A stretch of DNA of 64,000 bases from Burkholderiales bacterium (GTDB taxonomy: Bacteria > Pseudomonadota > Gammaproteobacteria > Burkholderiales > JAHFRG01), in contig DASPRE010000054.1 in assembly GCA_035624615.1 (NCBI GenBank), forward strand, positions 9,584 to 73,583, in the 5' to 3' direction. Shown here piece after piece: positions 40,025-49,283 of the stretch. Made by a program: the position numbers and the translations under genes. Each line of letters begins with the position of its first letter. The stretch's first letter is position 1. The notes under the pieces are model-generated. The model saw only the letters and a list, made by a program, of their open reading frames with translations. It had not been told where the DNA came from and did not search any database.

Positions 40025-41626
40025 TTAGGCGCTGCTGAAGTCGATGTGCTCATAGTCGCTGCCTTTTTCCATGAGCCGGGTGAGCTTCACGCGCTGCGGT
40101 TCGCTGGTAAATACTTCTATAACTCGTCCCGTCTGAAACCACCCACTGGGAAGAATCAGCGAAGGTTCAGTATTTTGGTCCGCCACGTCCGGCAGCAAAA
40201 AGGCCTGGACGTAGGGAGGAGGTAACCCCACACTGACTGGACGAACCGCAATTGGCTCCGGAACTCCCGGCAAGGCTCGAACGCCAATGTGCAGTTCGCC
40301 GTTCTGCTTGAGAGTCATCCATTGCACTACGCACAATAGAAATATCTTTCCGCCTGCCGGACAGGTTCCGATAAGTTGGTGAAGATTCAGTCGTGATCCG
40401 CCACCATCGGGCGCGCGCACCAAGCCGAAACCCTGGGGTCCCTCGTTTATGGTTTTCCATGTTTCCAGAGCAAAACCCATTTGGGAAGCCCGCAATTCTT
40501 CGCGTTGCTTGCTTAAGTGACCGAAGGTTGCCAGCTCTTCTTCCTCTTGACGCGAAAGTTGCGGAGCCCCGGGCTGCTTGAATGGTTTGCCGGTTATGTG
40601 ATAATAAATTGCAGGAATGCCAGTGCAAACCTGCATCACACTATCTGCCTGACGGCGCGGATTAACCGCCCCGCTGCCCGGCTTGCACCACTGCTGATAA
40701 AGCAGTTTGAGAAGAGCTTCACATCCGGGCTGCGTGCAGTCGGCGCCAAGTCCGAGGTCCGCGGGTGACTGGCCTTGCTCGAGGAGGACAATTCTTTTCA
40801 ACAGGTTTTTAGCAAGGTCGTCTACAATTAGGTAGCGGGTCGACTCTGGAGTACTTTCTTGCAACCGGGGCTTCACGCCTTGATTGCCCCCAACGTCTAC
40901 CGCAACTACAAATGCGCTGTCTGACCATTTCGTTATGATGCTGGTCTTATCGCCCCACTTTTCCAGCCAGCGCTTGGCGAGTTCCAGCTGCTTCGGAGTG
41001 AGCGAAAAGGGATTGCCAAGGCCGAGCAACAGCGCTTGAGCGTAATCTACAGCGCAACTTGTGGCCTTCGCATCCCGGCTAAGGTTGTCCTGCACCGGAG
41101 CTCCTGCAAGGCTGTGTTTCTCGGCGAATAGATACAATGCGTGTAGGTGTTGCCACAAATCGGGGAAAACTTCGTGATTGGTAAGGAAATGCTCCAAGAT
41201 GGATAGCGTCGTGTATCGAAGGCAGCGTTGGCATACGAGGGCTGCGTTTTTTCTGGCTTCTTCGCTGCCCTCGACCGCGTCCTGCAAGCAGCGCTGATAT
41301 GCCGCACGAAAGGTCTGCCAAAGTTCCACTACCTGCTTCCACTGCGCGGTCTCCGCCGCAGTAAGCGGCAGCGGTTTACCTACGTATTTCTTTGCGCAGT
41401 CGGTCTGTACCAATTCCACTGTTTCGCGCAATACTTCGAGCGTCCTAAGCCGCTCCACGGGATTCATGCGGAATTGCAGGAAACGCGTAAGTTCGGAAAT
41501 CAATTGCTGTTGTACTTGCGCCGAGTTGGTGAGCGGCAGTTGCTCAATCCAGCGTTTGCAGGAAGCGGCGTCACTCAACGCCGTGGCGGTTCCGGGTCGT
41601 GTGTCGGGAAGCGGCATGGGCAACAT
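40025..41626 (-). CDS. Hypothetical 533-aa cytoplasmic protein (no family recognised; possible PilZ-like C-terminal region)
   Basis: A long uninterrupted ORF with coding-like composition and no TM or signal sequence. KQREELR (RxxxR) is followed about 20 aa later by NEGPQGFGL, which is reminiscent of PilZ motifs. Confidence 0.65.
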   Translation of the reverse strand: MLPMPLPDTRPGTATALSDAASCKRWIEQLPLTNSAQVQQQLISELTRFLQFRMNPVERLRTLEVLRETVELVQTDCAKKYVGKPLPLTAAETAQWKQVVELWQTFRAAYQRCLQDAVEGSEEARKNAALVCQRCLRYTTLSILEHFLTNHEVFPDLWQHLHALYLFAEKHSLAGAPVQDNLSRDAKATSCAVDYAQALLLGLGNPFSLTPKQLELAKRWLEKWGDKTSIITKWSDSAFVVAVDVGGNQGVKPRLQESTPESTRYLIVDDLAKNLLKRIVLLEQGQSPADLGLGADCTQPGCEALLKLLYQQWCKPGSGAVNPRRQADSVMQVCTGIPAIYYHITGKPFKQPGAPQLSRQEEEELATFGHLSKQREELRASQMGFALETWKTINEGPQGFGLVRAPDGGGSRLNLHQLIGTCPAGGKIFLLCVVQWMTLKQNGELHIGVRALPGVPEPIAVRPVSVGLPPPYVQAFLLPDVADQNTEPSLILPSGWFQTGRVIEVFTSEPQRVKLTRLMEKGSDYEHIDFSSA

Positions 41627-41845
41627 TTGGATATCACTTTTTCAATGCAGGCTAATCGTAAATCGAAAAAATGCTTGCAGTACAGCTCTTAAAGTTGGTG
41701 AAACGGCGCGCCAGGCGACGCGAAGCTCTTTTCCGCAGAGCAGTTGCAAAAATGCCTAGCATTATTGACTAATATTACCTGACATGCGGGATACCCCGAT
41801 AAAATTTCGTCAACTTCCGAGCACGTTCGAAGGCGATCGGGTTTA

Positions 41846-42523
41846 CTAATGCGCCACTGCACCAAACGCTTTTTGCAGCAGCTTGCCACTGTATTGGGCA
41901 GGATGAGCGCGTATCGCTTTTTCGTGCTCTTTAATCACAACAAACAATCCGTCGAGCGTTTTTTGCGTCACATATTGGTCCAAGTTGGGTGTGTTGGTCA
42001 ACCCGAACCGCGATGCCTGGGCGGCGAATTCGTTGTATTTTTCCACCATCCCTACCTTGTGAGTAGCCTGGGTGACAATGGGCAGGAATTTGGCGCGCAG
42101 TTGGTTTTCCGTGGTCTTGCGGAAATACTTCGTGGCTGCATCATCGCCGCCGGCAAGTATTCCCTTCGCATCGCTCACAGTCATTTTTTTTATTGCATTT
42201 GACAGTAGCGGCTTGGCTTCGGGAACCGCAGCTTCCGCCGCACGGTTCATGGTTACGGTCAATTCATCGGCGTAGCTGCCGAATCCGAATTTGCGCATTA
42301 CGCTTGCAGTTTTCTGCAGCTGGTCTGGCAGAGGAATTTTGACTTGCGGGTTACCGAGAAAACCGTTTTTAATACCCAGCTTCCCCACTGCGGCATTGCA
42401 ACTCTGGTTCAGGGCTTCTTTCAGCCCGCCTATGGCGTCCTTATTGCTGAGGCTGGTTAAATCAGCGGCGTACACTGGCAGGCTCAGGGCCAGCCCGATT
42501 ACAAAGACCGGGTCAATGCGCAT
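41846..42523 (-). CDS. DUF4197 domain-containing periplasmic protein
   Basis: Signal peptide MRIDPVFVIGLALSLPVYA, then LSNKDAIGGLKEALNQS..., the DUF4197 N-terminal hallmark. The internal ATG at 42523 was chosen as the start. Confidence 0.75.
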   Translation of the reverse strand: MRIDPVFVIGLALSLPVYAADLTSLSNKDAIGGLKEALNQSCNAAVGKLGIKNGFLGNPQVKIPLPDQLQKTASVMRKFGFGSYADELTVTMNRAAEAAVPEAKPLLSNAIKKMTVSDAKGILAGGDDAATKYFRKTTENQLRAKFLPIVTQATHKVGMVEKYNEFAAQASRFGLTNTPNLDQYVTQKTLDGLFVVIKEHEKAIRAHPAQYSGKLLQKAFGAVAH

Positions 42524-42539
42524 GACGAGTCCTATATTC

Positions 42540-43403
42540 TTATGCCACGCCGTGTGTTTTGAACCAGTCCTGCAATTTCCGCCATCCATCCTGAGCTTCT
42601 GCTCTGCGGTAAGTTGGCCGATAGTCGGCATTAAAGCCGTGCGGCGCGTTCGGATAAATAACGATTTCCGATTTGCTGCCCGCTTCCTTAAGAGCCTTGC
42701 GCATGCGCTCTATGGTTTCCAATGGTATACCCTGATCAGCTCCGGCATACAAACCGAGTACCGGGGCTTTAAGCGATGCCACAAGATCAATCGGGTTTTT
42801 TGGCTTCAATGCACTAGCGTTGCCGGCAAGGGGCCCATACCACGCGACGCCCGCTTTCAGTCTGTTGCTGTGAGCGGCATATAACCAGACGATGCGCCCG
42901 CCCCAGCAGAAACCGGTGATGCCAAGCTTGGAAGTACTGCCTTTCCCGGATTTGTCCGCCCACGCGACGGTCGCATCAAGATCGGACATGACTTGCGCAT
43001 CCGGCACTTTGGATACGACTTGATCCAATATTTGCTGAATGTCCGAGAGCTTCGATACGTCGCCCTGGCGTGCGTAAAGTTCGGGCGCGATTGACAGGTA
43101 GCCGATCTTAGCGAGCCGCCGGCAGAGGTCTTTAATATGCTCATGCACGCCAAAAATTTCCTGGACGACCAGTACCACCGGAAAGCTGCTGCCTGCGGCG
43201 GGCATGGCGCGATAGGCGGGAATCTCACCGTCCGACGCCGGAATTTTCACTTCGCCGGCAGTTAAGCCTTTGGTATCGGTGCGTATCGTTTGGGCGGATA
43301 CCGGTTGCACAGCGAGGGCAAAACCGGTGGTCAACATACTCACCACAAATTCGCGACGAGTGAATTCGGTTTTGGGCTTTAAGCTCAGCAATTGCGAGTC
43401 CAT
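42540..43403 (-). CDS. Dienelactone hydrolase family protein (Tat-exported)
   Basis: Twin-arginine signal ([19 protein letters not shown]), nucleophile motif GFCWGG, and a C-terminal HGF. Start at ATG 43403 with a GGAGAG RBS. Confidence 0.85.
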   Translation of the reverse strand: MDSQLLSLKPKTEFTRREFVVSMLTTGFALAVQPVSAQTIRTDTKGLTAGEVKIPASDGEIPAYRAMPAAGSSFPVVLVVQEIFGVHEHIKDLCRRLAKIGYLSIAPELYARQGDVSKLSDIQQILDQVVSKVPDAQVMSDLDATVAWADKSGKGSTSKLGITGFCWGGRIVWLYAAHSNRLKAGVAWYGPLAGNASALKPKNPIDLVASLKAPVLGLYAGADQGIPLETIERMRKALKEAGSKSEIVIYPNAPHGFNADYRPTYRRAEAQDGWRKLQDWFKTHGVA

Positions 43404-43521
43404 AGGAGACTCTCCGTAGATATACACCCTGTAATTCTAACCCGATAATGCAGCTAGTGGCAGTGGCGTAGCCGCGCGTGTAATGCTAGGCTAGCTCGCG
43501 CTTTGCTTCGGTGCCAATCAG

Positions 43522-44262
43522 ATGATCGCCTTAGAAAACGTTTCCAAAACCTATGGAAAGCAGCTGGCTCTCGCGCCTACCAGTCTGCAGTTCACTAAGG
43601 GTCGGATTGCCGCGCTGATCGGTCCAAGCGGCTGCGGCAAATCGACGCTGCTTCGCCTGATGCTGGGGTTGGTTCAACCTGACGAGGGCCGGGTAATTTT
43701 CAACGGCGAGCAATTGGGCGGCAATAACGTGGAGCGCGTCCGTCACGCGATTGGCTACGTGATTCAGGACGGAGGTTTGTTTCCTCATTTGACGGCGCGC
43801 GCGAACGTGGTTTTGCTCGCCCATTTTTTGCGGCGGAACACGTCCTGGATTGAGGAGCGGGTAAATAATTTGACTGAGCTGGTGCGGATCCCGCGCGCCG
43901 CGCTGGCGCGCTACCCAAGCGAACTTTCTGGAGGCCAGCGCCAGCGCGTCGGATTGATGCGTGCGCTGATGCTCGATCCCGAGATACTGCTGCTCGACGA
44001 GCCATTAGGCGCGCTCGATCCGATCGTCCGCAGCGAATTGCAAAGGGAGCTCAAGGGCATATTTACGCATCTCGGAAAAACGGTCATTCTGGTGACACAT
44101 GACATGAATGAGGCGGCTTATCTGGCTTCCGACATTGTGCTGCTGCGCGAGGGGCGGGTGGTACAGCGGGGCACGCTCAACGAATTGCTGCATCATCCTG
44201 CCGAACCATATGTAACGCAGTTTATCCAGGCGCAGCGCGCAACGTTAGCGGAAATGCCATAA
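43522..44262 (+). CDS. Osmoprotectant (glycine betaine/choline-type) ABC transporter ATP-binding protein
   Basis: Walker A GPSGCGKST, signature LSGGQRQRVGLMRAL, Walker B LLLDEP. Confidence 0.9.
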   Translation: MIALENVSKTYGKQLALAPTSLQFTKGRIAALIGPSGCGKSTLLRLMLGLVQPDEGRVIFNGEQLGGNNVERVRHAIGYVIQDGGLFPHLTARANVVLLAHFLRRNTSWIEERVNNLTELVRIPRAALARYPSELSGGQRQRVGLMRALMLDPEILLLDEPLGALDPIVRSELQRELKGIFTHLGKTVILVTHDMNEAAYLASDIVLLREGRVVQRGTLNELLHHPAEPYVTQFIQAQRATLAEMP

Positions 44263-44264
44263 CA

Positions 44265-45773
44265 ATGCCCAGAACACTGTGTATTATTCTAATGCTGATC
44301 ACGCCCGCGGTATTCGCCGAAGCCACGCTCAATATCGGCTCCAAGCGGTTCACCGAATCCTATATTCTCGGCGAAATTCTGACTCAGGCCGCAGGATATG
44401 CCAACGAAGCAAAGGTGGTCCACAAACAGGGACTGGGCAACACCGGGATATTGTTTGCCGCATTGCAAAGCGGGAGCATCGACATTTATCCGGAATATTC
44501 CGGGACCATCTGGTTCGAGTTGCTGAAAAAGAGTGCGGCCGGAGATCTCGCAGCGCTCAATCGCGCGCTTGCCCCACTCGGCTTGGCGGCGGCCATTCCG
44601 ATCGGGTTCAACAACACTTACGCACTCGCGATGCAAGATGCCCGCGCGGCCAAACTCGGTATTTCGAGCATCAGCGATCTTGCTTACCATCCTGAACTGA
44701 AGTTCGGACTGTCGCAGGAATTCCTGAACCGCAAGGACGGATGGTTGCAACTCAAAAGCGCATATGCGCTGCCGTTAGAACCGCTAGGCCTCGATCACGG
44801 TCTGGCTTATGAAGCGCTGACCGAAGGCAAGATAGATGTCATGGATATTTACTCCACCGATGCCAAAATCGCCAAATACCATTTGCGCGTGCTCAACGAT
44901 GACAAACACATTTTCCCCTCTTACGATGCGTTGTTGCTTTATCGCAGCGATGTGCCGGGTCGTTTTCCCAAAACCTGGGCGGCGCTAGAGAAACTAGAGG
45001 GAAAGATTTCCGCAAATCAAATGGCGGCGATGAACGCTGAAGCGGAGCTTGAAGGTAAACCTTTTCCCGCAATCGCTGCCGATTTCCTCGCTTCCGGAAC
45101 AGTACCAAAGCCGGGCGGCCGGGCCAGCAAAAATTTGTTAAGGCTCATTTTTGCTGTGGACTTCTGGCGCCTGACCGCTGAACATTTGCTTCTGGTATTT
45201 GTGTCGCTTGGCGGAGCGATAGTGCTGGGCATTCCACTCGGGGTCTGCGCCGCCCACGTGCCCGTGGCCAGGCAGCCAATTCTTTCTGTGGTCGGAGTAA
45301 TTCAGACCTTGCCATCGCTCGCACTGCTCGCATTTCTGATTTCCATGCTCGGCACCATCGGTGTAATTCCGGCGCTGATCGCGCTGTTTCTTTATGCGCT
45401 GCTCCCGATTGTGCGAAATACTCATGCCGGTATTAGCGACATCCAGCCTTCGCTTACAGAGGCGGCGCAATCGCTGGGGCTGCCATTCTTCGCGCGCCTG
45501 CGGCTGATTGAACTGCCGCTGGCGTCGCGCGCGATTCTTGCCGGTATAAAAACCTCCGCAGTCATTAATGTTGGGACGGCGACCATTGCCGCTTTTGTCG
45601 GCGCCGGCGGTTATGGCGAGCGCATTGTTCAGGGCTTGGCGTTAAACGATGCTGCAACCATGCTTGCCGGGGCGATTCCCGCCGCGGCGCTGGCGCTGCT
45701 GCTGCAAGGTGGTTTTGAATTGCTTGACCGCTGGCTGATTCCCGCGGGATTAAGGGCAGCTACTTCGGCTTGA
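44265..45773 (+). CDS. Fused substrate-binding protein / permease of the osmoprotectant ABC transporter
   Basis: The N-terminal half is OpuC/ProX-like SBP (LNIGSKRFTESYILGEIL...IDIYPEYSGT). The C-terminal half is a BPD-type permease with an EAA loop (LTEAAQSLGLPFFARLRLIELPLA). Confidence 0.85.
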   Translation: MPRTLCIILMLITPAVFAEATLNIGSKRFTESYILGEILTQAAGYANEAKVVHKQGLGNTGILFAALQSGSIDIYPEYSGTIWFELLKKSAAGDLAALNRALAPLGLAAAIPIGFNNTYALAMQDARAAKLGISSISDLAYHPELKFGLSQEFLNRKDGWLQLKSAYALPLEPLGLDHGLAYEALTEGKIDVMDIYSTDAKIAKYHLRVLNDDKHIFPSYDALLLYRSDVPGRFPKTWAALEKLEGKISANQMAAMNAEAELEGKPFPAIAADFLASGTVPKPGGRASKNLLRLIFAVDFWRLTAEHLLLVFVSLGGAIVLGIPLGVCAAHVPVARQPILSVVGVIQTLPSLALLAFLISMLGTIGVIPALIALFLYALLPIVRNTHAGISDIQPSLTEAAQSLGLPFFARLRLIELPLASRAILAGIKTSAVINVGTATIAAFVGAGGYGERIVQGLALNDAATMLAGAIPAAALALLLQGGFELLDRWLIPAGLRAATSA

Positions 45774-46587
45774 CGAATTTCAGCGTCATTCGGTCTGACT
45801 CGCCAATGGCGAGATATTTTTCCCGGTCCTGGTCGCCGAGGCGGAGCGTCGGCGGCAGAGTCCACACCCCTTTGGGATAGTCCTTGGTGTCTTTGGGATT
45901 GGCGTTGATTTCCGATTTAGCGATCAGCCTGAAACCGGCGTGCCGCGCGAGCTCAATCACATAATCTTCGGTTACATAGCCGCTGCGTATCATCTCTTGC
46001 AGCGGCGTTCCTGGTTTGGCTCGATGATCGGTGACACCGAGGGTGCCACCGGGTTTCAATGCGACATAAAATGCCTTGAAAGTGGCTTCAGCATTGCCGT
46101 CTTTCGCCCAGTTGTGCACGTTGCGAAAAGTCAGCACCATGTCCGCCGAGCCAGGCGGAGCAATCGTGGTGTGTTCCGGCGCCTGCAGCTGAGTGAGAAT
46201 GATCTTGTCGTATATTTCGGGATATTGTGCGAGTTTTTTCAGATATTCCCGCCCGATTTCCCTGCGGATGTCGGGAGTAGCCTTTGATTGTAAGGCGAGG
46301 CCCGCCTCATAGAGCCTGCCTTTATCTCGCAAAACCGGCGCGAGGATTTCAGTGTACCAGCCGCCGCCCGGCCAGATCTCTACTACCGTCATGTTCGCTT
46401 CAAGCCCGAAAAACAGCAATGTTTCCTTGGGATGGCGGTAAACATCGCGCGCCTTGTTTTTCGCGTCGCGATGATCTCCTGCGATGGCCTGGTCTAGCAA
46501 CAGTTCGGTGTCGCTTGCCGCGGAAGCGGATGAAGAGAAACACGCCAACATGGTTGAAAACAGTATTGCTCTCTTAAGCCGTTTCAT
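45760..46587 (-). CDS. Class I methyltransferase-fold protein with an N-terminal signal peptide
   Basis: MKRLKRAILFSTMLACFSSSASA signal, then VVEIWPGGGWYTEILAP (a glycine-rich SAM-binding-like motif). The start was set at ATG 46587 instead of the longer ORF. Confidence 0.8.
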   Translation of the reverse strand: MKRLKRAILFSTMLACFSSSASAASDTELLLDQAIAGDHRDAKNKARDVYRHPKETLLFFGLEANMTVVEIWPGGGWYTEILAPVLRDKGRLYEAGLALQSKATPDIRREIGREYLKKLAQYPEIYDKIILTQLQAPEHTTIAPPGSADMVLTFRNVHNWAKDGNAEATFKAFYVALKPGGTLGVTDHRAKPGTPLQEMIRSGYVTEDYVIELARHAGFRLIAKSEINANPKDTKDYPKGVWTLPPTLRLGDQDREKYLAIGESDRMTLKFVKPK

Positions 46588-46832
46588 TTTAGCTCCGCGG
46601 GAATTATCAAGCATACCTGATTCTGACCGGCTTCTGCCTGAATAGTGCAATCTGTAACCAGCCGGTGAGAGCAAGCGTGGCAGTATCGGCACTGCCGGAA
46701 ATCGCGCAGCCCAGCGGGCCATCGAACCACTTGATTCGGCGATCCCGGGAAGAGATATGGACGAGGCAATGAGCTGCCCCCGACTTTGACTCCTTATCTC
46801 AACCCTCTCCTGCGAGCGCGCTCGAACTCCGG

Positions 46833-47207
46833 CTACTGCTTGTGCACATGCACGACACCGGTCATGAAGGGATGCAAGGTGCAGATGTAACTGAAGTCAC
46901 CTTCGCTGGCAAAAGTATGCTCGAACTTGTCGTCGGTATCCAAACCTTTCGAGGCAAAACTCTTGTCGTTGCTGGTCACCGTATGCGGCGTTTCGTCGCG
47001 ATTGGTCCAGATGACCTTGGTGCCGGGTGCAATGGTAATGTCCTTCGGCGAGAACGCGAACTTCGTGATATTGACATCGACGGCCGCCACAGGCGGAGCT
47101 GCCGCCGCGAAAATCGCAGGCATCACGAAGGCTGTGCATAAGACCAGCCCAAGAGCGGCGCAGGCGCGAAGCAGACGGATGGTGTTGCGAGAGAAAGCGT
47201 AGCTCAT
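46833..47207 (-). CDS. Cupredoxin (type-1 blue copper, plastocyanin/amicyanin-like)
   Basis: Signal/anchor sequence and copper ligands in the classic arrangement: ...DETPHTVTS... and YICTLHPFMTG (Cys-x2-His-x2-Met). Confidence 0.8.
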   Translation of the reverse strand: MSYAFSRNTIRLLRACAALGLVLCTAFVMPAIFAAAAPPVAAVDVNITKFAFSPKDITIAPGTKVIWTNRDETPHTVTSNDKSFASKGLDTDDKFEHTFASEGDFSYICTLHPFMTGVVHVHKQ

Positions 47208-47263
47208 GTTACTTTCCTTTTATACAATGACAAATTTCGCAAACTTGGGCACCTGGCGGCGGT

Positions 47264-48226
47264 TCAGCGATCGAGCGGCCTGTCGATCAGCGCAAGTTCA
47301 TGCCGTCCGCGCACAACGCTGAGCTGGCGCGTGCCAAGCACCTTGCCGAGTTCGCCGGCGGGCACTGTTACCGGACCGGGCTCGCCAATGCCCGCCTGTC
47401 CGGGTGTGGGCAATGGGTAGGCGAGTGACATCGCCGTGTGCAGCGCGATATGGCCTTCGACCTTCTGCAGAACTTGATGGATATGTCCGTTCAGCACTGT
47501 GACCGATCCGAACGGACGCAACAGCGCCGTCGCCTGCACGGAATCGGCCGTGCCCCAACCCCAGGGTTCCCAAATCGTCCACAGCGGAATATGGGCGAGC
47601 ACCACGATTGGTGTTGAGTGCGAGACGCGCGCGAGATCGCCTTTCATCCAGGTGATTTGCTCGTCGCCTAGCGCCGCCATCGTGCCCATCTTAAAGTTAA
47701 GCACATTGTTCAAGCCGATGAAATGCACGCCGCCCTGATCAAAGCTGTACCAGGACTTGCCATTGCCATCGTGATCGAAAAACTTGAGATAGCCGTTCAC
47801 GCCTTCATCGATCGCGTCGTGTTCGCCCGGAATCGTATGCACGCGGTCAACATGGATTTCCTTCAGCACCTCGCGCGCCTGACTGAATTCCTCGGGTTTC
47901 GACAAATGGCTCACATCGCCGGTATGTACCACGAAGGCTGGCGGTTGCGATAGCGCGTTGATGTCGGCGATGGCGCGGCGCAGGCTGCCGACAACGTCGG
48001 GATTGGCCGCTTTGTGAAAGCCGATATGGGTATCGCTAATCTGTACGAACGTCAGCGCATTCTTTTCGGCCGCTGCGGGGGTGCCCGTGCTCGTCGCGCC
48101 GAGCGCACGCGGAACACCGCCGGCAACTGTCCAGACGACAGCGGCGCCGGTCCAGGCGGCTAGACAGCTCAATGCCTGGCGGCGGGCAGGATTGTGGCCG
48201 GGGTCAGCGGGGTCATATTTGCTCAT
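47264..48226 (-). CDS. Tat-exported metallophosphoesterase (calcineurin-like, CpdA-type)
   Basis: Twin-arginine signal (PARRQALSCLAAW...) and metallophosphoesterase motifs: QISDTHIG, HTGDVSH, GEHD, LAHIP, NGHIH. An AGGAG RBS precedes the start. Confidence 0.85.
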   Translation of the reverse strand: MSKYDPADPGHNPARRQALSCLAAWTGAAVVWTVAGGVPRALGATSTGTPAAAEKNALTFVQISDTHIGFHKAANPDVVGSLRRAIADINALSQPPAFVVHTGDVSHLSKPEEFSQAREVLKEIHVDRVHTIPGEHDAIDEGVNGYLKFFDHDGNGKSWYSFDQGGVHFIGLNNVLNFKMGTMAALGDEQITWMKGDLARVSHSTPIVVLAHIPLWTIWEPWGWGTADSVQATALLRPFGSVTVLNGHIHQVLQKVEGHIALHTAMSLAYPLPTPGQAGIGEPGPVTVPAGELGKVLGTRQLSVVRGRHELALIDRPLDR

Positions 48227-48269
48227 TTGAGTCTCCTTTTGTATTAAGTTTAAGGTAGTCCTTAACCTG

Positions 48270-48300
48270 TATTACTGAATTCGCAACCGAAATATTCCCC
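48270..48300 (-). promoter_or_regulatory. ECF-type promoter candidate upstream of the metallophosphoesterase-cupredoxin genes
   Basis: Minus strand reads GGGGAATA, then 17 nt, then GTAATAC. This is one of three copies of this motif within 500 bp. Confidence 0.55.
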
Positions 48301-48319
48301 GAAGTTGCCTTCGGGGAAT
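48294..48319 (-). terminator. Perfect 11-bp stem hairpin downstream of the small secreted protein gene
   Basis: ATTCCCCGAAG, then ttgc, then CTTCGGGGAAT. On the minus strand it is followed by ATTTCGGTT, a weak U-tract. It overlaps the -35 of the promoter candidate above. Confidence 0.55.
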
Positions 48320-48352
48320 TCCGGAAATTAACTATTCAGACTCGAGGTATTA

Positions 48353-48601
48353 CTAGCCGCCCTGGTTGCTGGGAAGCAATTGGCTATCGAGCCATGAGTC
48401 GGGCGAGCTGTTTGTCTTGTCCGCCGGCTCGATCACTTGCTTCTGGGATTCCGTGCAGGGGATGTCCCCGTATTGCTGGGAATTGCGCGCCATTTTGACT
48501 TCTACTTTAGCGTCTTCCGCTGCAAGAGCAGGCTGAAGCGCAGAGATCGAAAGCAGGGCGCCCAATGCAAGAGCTGACAACTTGTTGCTGTACGTAAACA
48601 T
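48353..48601 (-). CDS. Small secreted protein of unknown function (82 aa precursor)
   Basis: AGGAGA RBS 7 nt upstream of ATG 48601; signal peptide MFTYSNKLSALALGALLSISALQPALA. The mature part is about 55 aa, acidic/polar, with a single Cys. Confidence 0.6.
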   Translation of the reverse strand: MFTYSNKLSALALGALLSISALQPALAAEDAKVEVKMARNSQQYGDIPCTESQKQVIEPADKTNSSPDSWLDSQLLPSNQGG

Positions 48602-48664
48602 TTTTGAATCTCCTATATGAAGGTTTAGGTGTGACGATCTGCCAATCAAACCGTCTACACCCTG

Positions 48665-48695
48665 CATAACTTGCGAGCCTCAATTAATATTCCCC
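48665..48695 (-). promoter_or_regulatory. ECF-type promoter candidate upstream of the small secreted protein gene
   Basis: Minus strand reads GGGGAATA, then 17 nt, then GTTATGC. Confidence 0.55.
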
Positions 48696-48717
48696 GATTT
48701 CGTTTTAATTTAAGTTT

Positions 48718-48748
48718 GGGAATAAAATAAGCAGATACCAGGTAATAC
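48718..48748 (+). promoter_or_regulatory. ECF-type (autoregulatory) promoter candidate upstream of the ECF sigma gene
   Basis: Plus strand reads GGGAATA, then 17 nt, then GTAATAC. Caveat: the -10 lies only about 16 nt before the TTG start, so the leader would be very short. Confidence 0.45.
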
Positions 48749-48763
48749 ATAATAGGAAGAGCC

Positions 48764-49282
48764 TTGAGCGACACGAATCGACGCTTTGAAAAAGTCGCGC
48801 TGCCGCATCTCAGCGCCGCCTATAACCTGGCGCGGTGGCTGACCCGGAATGATCACGACGCGGAGGATATGGTGCAGGAAGCGTACTTGCGCGCTTTTAA
48901 GTTTTTTGACAGCTTTCGGGGAGATGATGGACGCGCCTGGCTGCTGGCCATCGTGCGCAATACTTGTTACACCTGGTTGAAACAGAATCGCATCCAGGAG
49001 CTGCACGATTCTTTTGACGAAGAGGCGCACGCCGAAGCGGACAGCGGTAGCGATCCGCAAACCTTCATGCTGCAAAACGCCGACAAGAAGTTGCTTGACC
49101 GTGCGCTTGAAGCACTGCCGCTGGAATTCAGGGAAATATTGATTATGCGAGAGCTTGAAGATCTTTCCTACAAGGAAATTGCGACGGTGGCAGGCATTCC
49201 GCTGGGCACGGTGATGTCGCGGCTCGCCCGCGCTAGGAACATGCTTCGCGCTTCGCTTGAACGGAATATGCAGGAGAAATGA
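48764..49282 (+). CDS. ECF-family RNA polymerase sigma-70 factor
   Basis: 172 aa; region 2 (DAEDMVQEAYLRAFKFFDSFRG...WLLAIVRNTCY) and region 4 (LPLEFREILIMRELEDLSYKEIATVAGIPLGTVMSRLARAR). TTG start. Confidence 0.9.
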   Translation: MSDTNRRFEKVALPHLSAAYNLARWLTRNDHDAEDMVQEAYLRAFKFFDSFRGDDGRAWLLAIVRNTCYTWLKQNRIQELHDSFDEEAHAEADSGSDPQTFMLQNADKKLLDRALEALPLEFREILIMRELEDLSYKEIATVAGIPLGTVMSRLARARNMLRASLERNMQEK

Positions 49283-49283
49283 A

